Below are positions 41,127 through 53,740 of a stretch of DNA of 64,000 nt, one piece after another. Position 1 is the stretch's first letter; each line of letters opens with the position of its first letter. This stretch comes from Tricharina praecox (Eukaryota), in contig NW_026250409.1 in NCBI RefSeq assembly GCF_024521635.1, forward strand, positions 1,426,001-1,490,000, in the 5' to 3' direction. Below the pieces are notes generated by a model. The model searched no databases, was not told the DNA's origin, and was given only the letters and a program-made list of their open reading frames with translations. The position numbers and the translations under genes are program-made.

Positions 41127-44100
41127 TCACTCGAGCCTCGAACTCGGCCTTGGCAGAGCACTGCTCCCTCTGCTCGCCCTCCTCGCACCACCGCCCCTAA
41201 TCGCGCCTCCATCACCGCGTTTGAGAAAGACCCTCCTTGTCTCGGCCGTACCCGCCGTACCGATAGCTGATCCAGCCACGCTCGACCTTGTCCTGGGCAC
41301 CTGAATCTGTCCCACAGCCCGCGCCGGCTCCTCCGGCGACACCGCAATATCCCTATCCCTATCCTTCACGCTCTGCTCGCGCGGCATCAACTCGCGCTCT
41401 CGCTGCGCCTGCACAAGGCTTGCGCTGCCACTCCTGCGTCTGCCGGGCGCGACGATGCTCGCCGATCCGCTGCGCCTTCTTCCTGCTGCGGCTGCGGCTG
41501 CGGTCTGCGGCCGGCCGAGAGACGTCTGTGGTCGTCCCATGGAGGTGTGTGGTCTCGTCTGCTGCGGCCGGAGCTCGGGCTGCGGTTCTTCGTCGCCGAA
41601 TACGCTGCCTCCGTAGGCACTGCCGCCGACGCTGCCGCCGACCTCGCTGGCAGAGCTGTAGATTGCGCGGGAGCCACTAACTCTGCGTACCTGACCGAGC
41701 ATTCCCTCAACCCAGGCTTGGTGCTCGGGAGTAACATTCTTTCCACCACCTCGGGGTCCAGCGAGCCCGAGCGGTGGCCGATCGTCGGTGGCACTTTCGG
41801 AGAAGGAGAGTCGGCTGGTTTGTCGTCGTAGGCCGGCGAATGATGATCCACTAGAACCTGGGCGCGATCCCGATGGAGGGCCACGTGATGCGGGGCGAGA
41901 GGGTCCGGACGGGGGAGAAGGTGTCAGCCCAAGTCCGGAAAACCCGTCGCTAGTTGGTGTCTTTGGACCTCTGAGCATTGGCGATGGGCCAAGTGACCCT
42001 CCCACCCTGGATGCATGGGACGGAGACTCCGGCTGGCCGGGGAGTAACATAGGTGTTACATGGGGCGAGATAGAACGTCTCGGTGCTGCAGTGATCGAGA
42101 ACATCGGCGAGGCGTTCCTCTTGCCTCGCTCGCCACTCGAGCTGCCCGGCCGACTGCCGTATGTCGGGGTTGGACTCCGCAGGTACCCATTTGGTGTTGG
42201 GCTTCTCTGATGCTGGCCCACACTAGAGTTGCTGGCGCTATGGCGGAGGTTACGCTGACTCGGCTGACCTGAAGGGGCCTTGTGGGATGGGATCTCCTCG
42301 ATTTGAAGAACGCTTTCACTAACAGCCCTCATCTTACTTCCATGGTGGAGAGCCCATTCCTTGAGATACTCCTCGAGATCGCTCCAGCCTCCTCCTACAC
42401 GGCAGACCAGTCTTGCGTTGCCGACAAGGCGGACATAGAGCTTCATTGGCGGCTGATCATCGTTGCGGTGAAGGTGATAGCACTTGATGTCCCCTTGCAC
42501 GCTGGCGTTGTGACGGCGAGAATTGGTCCTGGCATGTCCCGGTTGACTGCCCGAGCTCGCGGACGTGACAACGGACTTTGGCGCAGGGATGCTAGATTGC
42601 CATGGGCGTGCGGGCGGCTTCTTGACCATGTCGTTGAGTTTCTGGAGGTTCGAAGCAGTGAGCTTAACCTTTCTAGGGAGGCTCATAAGTAGTTCGTTGA
42701 TCCTCTCATCCATTTCGACTTCCGGGTCTCTAGGCGGAGGAGTGGAAGGTCCCTTAGGCACATCTTGCATGTTGGCGGTGGAATTCTCGAGCCATGGACG
42801 GTCACGCTGTTGGCGCTTTTCGGGCGTGACAGTGCTGATGTAGGATTGCTGCGGCCGTGCACCGCCACGTTTGGGCAGCCTGATGGCAGGCCCGGCCGGG
42901 ATATCGTAGTCTGGACTGTTGCCCCGAGCGAAACTTGGCTCATTTCCAGAGATATCGCTGGCACCGGCTGGGCTGCTATCCAAGCCGAACGGATGGCTGA
43001 GGGATGCCTGGGCCCACATTCCTCGTTTTACGGGAGTTGGCAACAGTACGTGTGCACCATCGATCTCGGGCAGGGTGGTGGTTGAGTCGTCGTTAACCTG
43101 CATGAGCTGTTAGTATCACCACACGACTACCCAAGAACCACGTACCTCTGAAGCTGGCGGTGAGGTGGAAAAGAGCGACTGAACCTGCTTCCTCGCAGGC
43201 TTTCCCTTCGCTTTGAATTTCACAGAGCCATCATCCCTTCCATCGCTCGGCGATTTCGACCGACTGGGTTGCATAGGATGTCCCCCAAGAAACTTTTTCG
43301 CATGGCTTCCCCATTCCTCCTGCATTGAGCGAGGAGTTTGAGACTCCATGATGCTTGGAAGGTCATGCGCTTTGTTACGGCGACCAAGGGGAGCGGGAGG
43401 AGGAGGGGCAGAGGTGGGAGCGGGTGGCGCCTCAAAGTCGTCAAATCCGGTAAATGAGTCGTCGCCGGGAGTAGATGCATTGAGGAAACCTTGACCGCGG
43501 TAGGGAGTGAATGGACTATCATCTCCATCAACCGAACGAGGAGACGGCAGCATTGGGCTGCTGAGCTCAAACTTTGGTGGTGACGAGCCTATGTGGAACT
43601 GGCCGATGTCCGACATGCTAGCATCGTAGTCCATATCGTCCTCGTCTTCTTCCACCACACGATCGAAATCGGAAAGGGTCTCATCGTCGATATCAGCAAA
43701 AGCTTCGCCAAACCCGTGTCCCGGGTTGACGTTACGTCCGACGTCTCCGAAATCCGGGGCTCTGTCGAAGACCGAGGGTAGAAGAGAAGCGTGCAACCTT
43801 TCAGGCGATGATTCATATCGTTCATCCTCATCAACGACTGGTGTCGCCTGTCTAGAAGTAGTTCTTGAGATCTCAATAGCCCGTTCGTCTCGATCCGAGT
43901 CCTCGGAAGTCCGTTTTCGCGTTCCAATAGACTTTCCACGAGACGGGGTAACGGGTTCGGCAGGCTGCGGCCGACTTGCCATCCCTTCAAACATGAGCCT
44001 TACGGATTGAATGTGAGAGAGCTTTCCGGGCGAGAGGTCGAAGATAGGTTTCTCGCTCTCATTCGATGTGGTCTCATTCTCGGCGACGACCATACGCGGT

Positions 44101-47100
44101 GCCTCGGTTGTGGAGCCATTCAGAATTCCCAGCTTGTTCTCAACCGCAGGCACGGTCTCCACGACTGATTCTACAGCTTCCGCCGGTGTCGAAACGCTCA
44201 CCTCATCCTGGAGTGGAAGTAGGACCAAATCTTTCTCCTTAGGTTCCACAGGCTTAAGGACCAGGGCTGGCTTGATTGTGTCTTCCTCATCGGCAGCGGC
44301 GGGCGCTTCAACCACAGGAGCGTCCTTGACAACTAGTTCAGCCGAAACAGCCGTATCCGTGGTCTCTTCCTCAGCGCTCTTATCAACACCAGCGGCTGCA
44401 GCCGGGGTCTGAGCAGCAGCTGGCTCCGTGACCTCGTCCGCCGACGAGACAGCAGGCGAGACCTCTTGCGGCTTGACTGTGGACTTCTCCTCTTTGGGAG
44501 CCTCTTCCAGTTCAGCCGCGATGGTTGTAGCAGGAGTGATCCGTTCCAGCTGCACTGACTCCGCAGTGGTTCCCTTCTCTTCCGTCACCGCCTCCTTCTG
44601 CTCCTCGACTTTCTGTACAACTTCTACCTTCTCCATACGGGTGTCCTCTTGAAGATTACCCGCGATAACCGGGCCGATACGGGCGCTTGCGACAGAGGCG
44701 ACAAGAGGAGTATCAATGACAACTTCCTCGGCTGTCTCAGCCTCGGCCGTCTCATCTTCGACCGTCTCAACGTCGGCAATCTCGGAAACGGCGTGAATAG
44801 GCTCGGGTAGCACAGGCGTCTTCTCGGTGGCGGATTCAGGAGCCATGGGAAGGGCTTCGGTCTTACCAGCATTCTCTTCCGCGACGATAATCTGCCCGAG
44901 CCCCGCAGCGGCCACCAGAGAAGATACCGACACTGCTACAGCCGCCGGTGCTTCTGCAACAATGTCACCACCGCCGACGGAAACCACGGGATCGACTGCT
45001 TCAACCACCTGTTGCCCGTCCAACTCCTCCTCGGCCGGTACGATGTCTTGTTCCTTAGCCGGGAGTGTCGGGACCACCTCTTCGACAGAAACCATATCCT
45101 CCACCGGTGCGATAATCTTTTTCTCCTCCTCTTCCTCATCCCCATCCTCTGCATCCTCATCGCCCTCTTCAATCGAGGCTAGCTCAGACTCACTGAAATC
45201 AACGGGCGCGACAGCTTGTTGCTCCTCCAGCATATCCTTAGCCTGGGCGACCTCGCATTCCGCGTCAGTTTCCGCCTCGGGTCGCGTTTCGGTGATTTCT
45301 TCGGCCTTGGAGACTTCCTGGGCCTGCGCCACTTCCTCCATTGGTACGGCTTCCTCCACTGGCAGAACTTCCTCCACTGGCGCGACTTCCTCCACTGGCA
45401 CGGCTTCCTCGACTGGCGCAACTTCCTCCACTGGCGTAACTTCCTCCACTGGCGCGACTTCCTCCACTGGCGCGACTTCCTCCACCGGCGCGATTTGTAG
45501 TCTGGCGGGCCTCTCCTCAGCGGCAGCGACAACCGACGGTTCCTCGAGCCCATCTTTAGTAGTAGTGACCACTGGCACCTTCTCCTTATCCTCAGCCTTG
45601 ATAATATCCTCTTTCTCGACGGAATCGACGGAAGCCATCTGACGGTACATTTCCGTGGCTTCCTCGGCTGGCGCGGATACCTGAAGCGCGGCCATTGCTA
45701 CCACTGGCTCGATATCCCTTTGCCCCTCCACCTCCTCCGCCTCCTCCTCTATCCTCCCAGCCTCAGACTGCATTTCCACAGGTTCGTTGACAGAAGCGAC
45801 TTCCCGGACCAAAGCAACATGCGCCAATGGCTCAACAAGCTGTAGCTTCTCGACCGGAATAGCTCCGGGTTGCGGTTCCGTGGTTTCTATGGTTTCCTCA
45901 TCCTGCTGTTCAAGCCTCTCTTTGGGTTGATCCATCTCCTGCTCTTCGACGGCGGCTACGGTAGGTTGCTTTTCTGTGACTTCCTCGATGACTTCCTCGA
46001 CCGGCGTGATCGCCTCCACCGAAACGGAATCCCGATGTTCTGCCGTCTCCTCTTCGGACCGCGAGGAGGCGATATCCCTAGGTGAAATAGCATCCTGCTC
46101 TTCGACCCGAGTGATATCCTGTTCTTCGACGAGGGCCACGGTGGGTTGCTTTTCCGTAATTTCCTCGACCGTCGTGACTGCCTCCACAGGAACGGAATCC
46201 CGATGCTCTTCTGTCTCCTCTTCGGACCGCGAGAAAGCGATATCCCCGCCCGAAACGGCATCCAGCTCTTCGACGCGAGTGACCTCCCGTTCCTCGACTA
46301 GATCCACATCGGACGACGTTTCCGCATCTTCTTCGGCCGCAGCGATCACCGAGTCCGTAACTCCTGCCATCGGCGAGACCCCCCTCTGCAAGCCCTCTTC
46401 CGTCTCCTGCTGCTCCTCCGGCGTCTCCTCGGGGGCGACATTTACTTCCGGCTCGGGAGCAGCGACCTCCCGTTCCTCCGCCGCAGGTTCTTCCACGACA
46501 GCGATCGCCTTCGCCTCCGCCTCAGCGGGCGTTTCCGCAATGATCAAGACCGCCGGCTCTACCGCCGCTGCGACCGCGACCGCGACTGGGGCGACATTTT
46601 CTTTCTGTTCTTTCCGGTCGAGGAGAGTAAGTTCCACCGCCTTTTCCTCGGCGGGAGTGCTAAAGACATCGGCCTCCTCGAACTCCTCGGACTCCTCGGC
46701 TGTCGGAATCGACTTCGCGGGAATATCCTCCTCCGCAGATTGCTCGTGGGCAGTAGCTTGCGCGGGCTGAACAAGCTGAACAGGTTCCTTTTCCGGCACA
46801 ACATCTTCCGTCCAAGTTTCGGGGGTTCCTATCTCCAGCCCATCTTCCTCCACTTCCTCCACTTTCGCTCGTGTTTCAGCCGATGCCTCCTCCACGACAG
46901 CTGCCAAAGCCTTATCATCACCAATCGCATCCGCGCGAGTCGTTAAAGCCGGAACCACCACCACCTCCTGATCAACGCTCTCCGGCGTTCCGGGGAGTTT
47001 CACGACAGAAGTGGGGGTGTGAGCCGCCAGCTCTCCGAAACCCAACGGGGGTGTCATGAACTGCTCCGACTCTTCGGCGTCTGGATACGTGGGCGCAGAC

Positions 47101-49481
47101 AAGAGAGCCTTATCCTCCATCGGGGCACAGGGAAAGCTAGCATCCGCTGACATTTCGGGCTGGGGTGCAGCAGGCAGTGGACCTGATCCGGAAGTGTGCA
47201 AAACGAGAGCTGCCGCCGCCGGTCCGATTTCCTTCTCCGCGGGTTCCTCCCTCATAGTGAGCGGGTCCCTCTCGGGCGAGCTGACCTCCTTCGGCGCAGA
47301 GCCCTTAGGCGACTTCGGCACATCGAACCCAGTAATGACGATCGTCGGCGACGACGGCGATACGGCATCATCCATTGACCAGTCCTTGAGCCGCTCGCCA
47401 AAAGCGCTATCAAAGAAGCTTCTCCGCTCAGTCCCCTCCCTGTTTTCGGCCTCGCTGCGGAGCCGTCCCGTATCCATGTCCGGACTCTTGATCGGGCTGC
47501 TTGCCACTTCAGCCAGGCTTCCGACACTGCTGGTACGCCTCCATCTTCTCCCGCGGTCCGCTTCGATCTCCGAGGATTGTACTCCGCGTAGGCGCATGAG
47601 TAAGCTCTTGTCGAGGCCCAACCCGATGGACTCCTCCTCCGGCTCGGAATCCGAAGTCTGGCCCTCGATCTCGATTCCTTGGGTAACATCCTCCTGGGTT
47701 TCGAGGGCTTCCATGAGGCCGCGCTCGAGCTCGCCCACCTTCTCGAGAACATCCTCGACGGCGTCTTCATCCTCGCGCGCCTTCTCCGCCACCCTCTCGC
47801 CCTCCATGACGAGCTGCATCTTCTCCCTCTCATTCCGGAACTCTTCAGCCTTGCTGACTTCTCGCAGCCGCCCCTCCAACACGACGCGTTCGGCATCCAT
47901 CTCCCAGCTACTGACGCCCTCCTCAATATCTTCTAGCTCGCCGATCCACTTATCGGGCAGCACGTCCTCGCGCCCCTCCAGCGCGTCAAGCATAGAATCC
48001 ATAATCCTCCCGGCCGCCGTGACGCGCTGCTGAATGTTCTCAGCCATCACGGCAAAGATCTCCTCGTCGAGCTTCTGCGACCCATCGGCGATGGCGGGGA
48101 TGCGGATAGCTTCGTAGCCGGCGTCCAGGGCGTCCTGGGCATTGCCGAGCCAGCGAAGGAATACGGGGACGATCTTGAGGACGGCGAGGCGGATCGCCCA
48201 GATCGAGAGGAGCTTCATGAGCCGGTGCAGTGGCGGCAGGAGCTGCAGGGTGGTGGCGGCGATGACGGCCGACGACGAGGTGAGCGGGTTTTCGATACCG
48301 GTGCGGTAGGCTGCGCTGTATTAGCTAGTTGCATCGACATGAACATCGCCAGGAGAGTGCTGCTGCTTACAGAGAACCTTTCCTTTCAGTCCTTCGACGT
48401 CCAGTTCTTCGACTGCTTCGGTGATGGCTTCGATGCGCTGTTCGTAGTACCTCACGGTCACCTTGGCGAGCGAGCCGTAGTAGTCATCCGGGTCGATCTC
48501 ATCCTCCTCCTCGTCAGACTCTTCCCTCACGGCGAGGTGCTGGCTGTGGACCGGTGTCGATGGAGCTCGCGAGCCATTAGTGCTGGCCGCCAACGCTTCC
48601 GGAAAAGACCTCGGAGCGGCGTGTTTCTGAGGCGTAGACGGTAATGGCGGGGAGTTCGATTTACCCGCGATGGCCACCGCCGCTCTCTTCTGCATCTTAA
48701 GCTGCATCGGAGTCAACGGCTTCCCTCCGCGGTTGACCCTCAGATCGCCCATCCGATCCGCAGCACTGCCAGGAGTAGGACTGTCGGGCTCGTTCACGCT
48801 GGAGTACGCTCCCAAATTACCGACGGGGCTCTCGCCCTCCTCCTCAGAAATAGTCCGCATCTCCTCGACCGAGTCCTTGCGCAGACTCATCTTGCGGCGC
48901 TTCCTCCGCATGCCAGGCTCCGGCGGCAAGTAGCCATCGCCGTTCTTGCTTCCCCTACCCCAGGCGATATTCCACCCCTCGACCTCCCGCAGCCACTCGC
49001 CAACCCTGGTGATGCCCTCGGCAGCACGCATGCTCCACGCCCTCTCTTCGGCTGTGAAGCCCAGCTCGGGGTCGTTGGCCATCTCCCGCAGGGCAGTGGG
49101 GGTCAGCCGCGACAACAACGGGTCGGTAGCCAGCAGGGCCTGGATCCGCGAGCGACGCCCCGACCGCGTGGGGGATACCGACGGCGAGGAGTAGTTTGAG
49201 CGACAGGGCGAGGTCATGGCGCTCCGTGGGGCACGGTAGTAGTGGCTCCCCGGGAATGCCGACGGCTGCCGGGGGGTCTTTGGCGGAGCCGCATTGAAGA
49301 ACGAGGTGACGGCCTGTGGGGGCGTGGTCGAGAAGGGGGACAGCGGCGAGGGCGTCACCGGTGCGTGGCTGTGGAGACTGTGGGCTGATGGGGGCTCGGG
49401 ACGGCGGAACCGGGCAGAGCTTGGGGTCACCGGTAGGGGTGAGGGACGGTCGGGGGTCCAGCCGGGTGGAAGGGCAGACAT
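41127..49481 (-). CDS. Large GAR (GAS2-related, microtubule-binding) domain protein, about 2751 aa; 3 exons: 49481-48371, 48310-43146, 43106-41127
   Basis: GAR signature KLYVRLVGNARLVCRVGGGWSDLEEYL. Two GT-AG introns with CTAAT/CTAAC branch sites join three long ORFs in frame (8256 nt). Very long Glu/Ala/Val/Pro-rich middle region and Ser/Pro/Arg/Gly-rich tail. Confidence 0.9.
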
Positions 49482-50189
49482 TTGCAACGACGGACTGTTG
49501 TTTGCGATGAGATTCTGCTGCTGCTGCTGCTCGTGATGCTGTACGGCTGTGAGTGGTCAGTCGGGAGGAACGGGGGTGGACAGGAGGCACTGATGGTGGT
49601 GGTGACGAAGGAAATTCGAGCACGACACGATTTCTCAGAAGCAGAGGCGGCTACCAAGGTGTGCTTTGGATTGTGGTCCTTTCAAAGGTGGCTGGAGGGT
49701 CGGGCGTCGGGGCGGGCGGGTGGTTGGTCGATAGGGCTGTCGGTCTGTGCTGTGCTTCGTTGAGGGGAGAAAAGAGTCGCTGTCTGCGGAAAGAACGAGA
49801 AGTATCAAAGACCAGCCAGTTGGTACAGACCTGCAGCGCGGCGGTGCTAGCGGGAAGTAGCTGCTGCTGCTGTCGTTTTTGACGCGATAGGTTAATCGCA
49901 GTGCCGGGGGTCACGACGGTTGATTGGCTGCCGTGTCACCGTGACGGATCGATGTCGAAGTCGGCGTGGAGAGGTGGTATGAGGGACGAGGAGTCAACGC
50001 AACGCTGCAGAAGATGGGGTGTCGCAGAGGATGAGGGCAGAGAGTCGGGAGGAGGACATTGGCCCTGAGTCGATTGGATGTTGATCGCGGGGGAGTGGGT
50101 GCTGGGACGAAGTTGCGAGGTTGCGCGGCGAGTGGTGATTGGCTGCTTCGTTTCTCGATGTTAGCTGGTGGCGGTAATGGAGACGAGGA

Positions 50190-50325
50190 CGGAGACAATG
50201 ACCGAGACGGAGACGAATGCGGGGACAGAGACCGAGACGGAGACGAATGCGGAGACAGAGACCGAGACGGAGACGAATGCGGAGACAGAGACCGAGACGG
50301 AGACAGAGGCCGAGACGGAGATGGA
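50190..50325. repeat. 30-bp tandem repeat (GACCGAGACGGAGACGAATGCGGAGACAGA, about 4 copies)
   Basis: Directly visible in the divergent intergenic region. Confidence 0.9.
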
Positions 50326-51302
50326 CGCGGGATCGGCAGACAACAAGAAAAGACGGCAATGAGAGTGCGCGCGGACGCGGCGATGCTATTGGCGCTGGTG
50401 ATGGTGATGGTGGTGCGTCGCCACTTTCACGTGGAGGATGAGGATACCGGTACCATGCTGGAGGAAGGAAGAGATGGGAAAGCTGGAGCTGGCTGCAGGG
50501 AAGCCGAGAGAAACATGGCTCGAGTTGTATCTATCGGCGAAGCCAGCCATTCCACTTCTTTTACCCCCGGATCTCTCTCCTTTCGTTCTCCCGTGTTGCC
50601 TGCGAAATACGGTAAGAACGGCCCATCGATCACGGGACAAACAGGACACGCTCGAGCCCCATGGTGAACATGAGCCGATTGCGGTCTCAACTAAGGCGCG
50701 GGGGGGCGAAGGGAAGCGAGAGCTTGAGACCTTTTCATCTCCGGCTTCCTATCGATATCGGCAGAGAATCCTCTCGAGGCGTGAAGACATCTCGAGACGT
50801 GGAGACATCTCCAGCTGTCTCGTACCTCTTCCACCAGTCGTCACAGCTCTCTTTATCCAGTTCATCCGCCTCCCGCAGTCGACACGCTTTTCTTATTCGA
50901 TCTCCGTCCGGCTGCACGGATCGGATCGAGAGTCGGACAGGGGCAGATGCGGACTGTGCAGGGAATGCAGCAGAGCCGCGCCGCTGAAAACTCATCGAGA
51001 AAAACTGGTGGTGCGGACAGCGAATCAAACATATCGGTGTCATCGCGATGTCGTTGTTTAGTAGCATGCGAGGGACAGCGCATCGCTGGAGCCAGTCTTC
51101 GCTCCATCTTCCCCTCGCCCGCATGGAACGTTCTTTGTCCGGTTCGCGCTGACTAAGCCCGGAGAACCCATACACTCCTGTTCCTTCACGGTGGAGCCGA
51201 CGACCGCAGATGCAACTCAGGCTTCCACGGCCTTCGCAGTCTCTGTTCGGCTTGCGTTCGGTAGAGTGTGTAATGGCTGGGAATGAATCACACGGATCAC
51301 TC

Positions 51303-51390
51303 GATTCAGCAGTGTATGGGGTAATTAGAGTATCATGGGCGCTTGCCACGAGCACACACTCCAGATGATCTCTCTAATCCTGGCTGAATG
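51303..51390 (+). pseudogene. Decayed copy of the tRNA-Gly(GCC)-like gene
   Basis: Keeps GATTCAG, GTATCATGGGCGCTTGCCA and AATCC.GGCTGAAT. It has an insertion in the D-loop and has lost the 3' anticodon stem and the GGTTC B-box. Confidence 0.75.
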
Positions 51391-51830
51391 GAGCCTCCCA
51401 CTTGCTGGAGGAACGTTGGCTTTGGAGCACCCGTTGATTTGAATGGCTTCTCTAACAATCCAGTGATATTTGGCAATGCCATTTCATTCAATGCCTGAGC
51501 AACCGTCTCCGCCAATCATACACCCCCTTGACCGGCATCGTGATTCTCCCCGCCCCCCACCGGGGCACCGCCCATGAGATCTGCATCACGTGCCGCCCCT
51601 ATCTGCAAGGGGTGGAGCCTCTTCGCGCACCCACGAGGTCCACGGACGGAGATCAATCTATCGCTCCCCTCTCACACTTTTCACGTCCACGACATTCCCG
51701 AATAACGACCTCGAAACGATAATGACCCTCTCCACCTGAATAGACTTCCGCCATACGAACCCCCTTCTCTTGCCCCATTGCGCTTCACGAAACACACCAG
51801 TAGCTACGTGCAGCAGAAGCCTCCCACTCG

Positions 51831-53740
51831 ATGGCGCCCACAGCCTACGAACCGGTAGTCCGGGACTCGCTCGAGCTCGCCTCGCTCGCCGACTCCGACT
51901 CGGAGCACACGCACAGCCACCGCTCGTCGCTCTCCTCGTCCGCCGGCATCTCGTCCTCGCGCCGGCTCTCCCTCGCCTCCGACGGCGACCCCGAATCCGC
52001 CTCCCCCTTCCGCAACCGCACCTACTCCGTCTCCTCCGCCTTCGACTTCAACACGCACCTAGTGCCGCTCACCTCCTCCGCCGACGGAGCACGCTACCAG
52101 CCGCTCGGCGCGCCCTCGGGCTCCGGCGGCGCAGGCGGCAACGGCGCCGTAGGCGGCCTCGAAAAACAAAAGACGCTGTCGTTCCTGAACGGGCTGTCGC
52201 TGCTGATCGGGCTCCAGATCGGCTCGGGCATCTTCTCGAGTCCGAGCCAGGTCAACAACCATGTGCCGTCGCCGGGGGTGTCGTTGATCGTGTGGGCTGT
52301 TGCGGGGGTGCTCGCGTGGACCGGCGCAGCGTCGTACGCCGAGCTCGGAGGCGCGATCCCGTTGAACGGCGGCAGTGGAGTGTACCTAAGACACTGTTTT
52401 GGCGAGATGACGGGGTTTTTGTTCTCGTGGACCGCGGTCATCGTGCTGAAGCCTGGCAGCGCAGCGATCATTGCTATCATCTCGGGGGAGTATATCAACC
52501 GCGTGCTGCTGGGGAGCTTCAGTGCGGATAGCAACGCCGAGCTGCCGAGTATGTGGGCTAATAAACTCACCGCCGTGTTGTGTTTTCTACTGGTCACGGC
52601 GCTGAATATTATATCGACGAGACTCACCACGAGGTTGAGCGATGGGATGATGTTTTTGAAGGTTGGGACGCTGCTGGCGATCACGGTTATTGGCATTGTC
52701 GTTGCTGCCACGGGGATCAATGGTGACGGTAAGGGCGCGAATACCGAGTGGAAGGATCACGGGTGGTTCGAGTCGAGGCCGGGAGGTGTCGGTGAGCGAC
52801 AGGATGATATGGTCGGCGGATTGGGGGAGTACGCGATCGCACTGTACGCGGGATTGTGGGCGTTCGACGGATGGGACAATGTACCACACCCTCCAAGGCA
52901 CACTATACGAGCCACAGCTAACATCACCAGGTCAACTATGTCACCGGTGAGATGCGCAACCCAACACGCGACCTCCCGCGCGTAATCCACACCGGCATGC
53001 CCATCGTGATTGTGTCTTACCTCCTCGCCAACGTCGCCTACTACTTCGTCCTCTCCGGCAGCGTGATCGGCAGCAGCAACACCGTCGCCGTCGCCTTCGG
53101 CACCAAAGTCTTTGGCCCGATCGGCGGCGTGATCCTCGCCATCGTCGTCTCGCTCTCCTGTTTCGGCGCACTCAACGCCACCACCTTCACCTCCGGCCGC
53201 CTCGTCTACGTCGCCGGAAAAGAAGGCTACCTCCCCTCGATCTTCGGCACGCTCGGCTTCGGCCCCCCCTCCGCGCCGCGCCCCATACGCTCCACCCCTT
53301 CCACCCTCACTACGCGCATCCTCACCTTCCTCCGTCTCACCCCCTCAGAAGACCGCCCCGCCCCCTGGTCGCGCACGCCCGTCTACGCCATGCTCCTGAA
53401 CGCCGCATTCACGACATGCTACATCCTCGTCGGCGAGTTCGGCACGCTGCTGACGTTCTACGGTGTCGCAGGGTACACGTTCTACTTCCTGACGGTGCTG
53501 GGCCTCATCGTGCTGCGCTACCGCGAGCCGAAGCTGGAGCGCCCCTATAGAACGTGGATCTCGACGCCGCTTATTTTTTGCTGCGTTAGTTTGTTTTTGA
53601 TTTCGAGGAGCGTGTTTAGTTCCCCCCTGCAGACCCTCGTGGTGTGTGCGTTCGTGGCGGCTGGTGTGCCGGTGTATTTTTGGAGGGTGAGGGGGTGGAG
53701 GTGGGGGGCGTGGGGGAGGGCCGCCGGAGCGAGAGCGTAG
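51831..53740 (+). CDS. APC-superfamily L-type amino-acid transporter (LAT-like), 619 aa; exons 51831-52880 and 52931-53740
   Basis: Motifs IGSGIFSSP, YAELG..IP..G, LWAFDGWDNVNYVTGEMRNP.RDLP, GRL....KEGYLP and LR.REP.LERPY. One 50-nt intron with a weak GTACCA donor, GCTAAC branch and CAG acceptor. Confidence 0.93.

Noticed and set aside
44068..48033. Long Ser/Thr-rich plus-strand ORFs
   Set aside because: Antisense shadows of the Glu-rich GAR gene exon.
50059..50667. ORFs with DRDGDE, ETETET or RLRLGL repeats
   Set aside because: Products of the 30-bp tandem repeat, open in several frames on both strands, with no coding signal.
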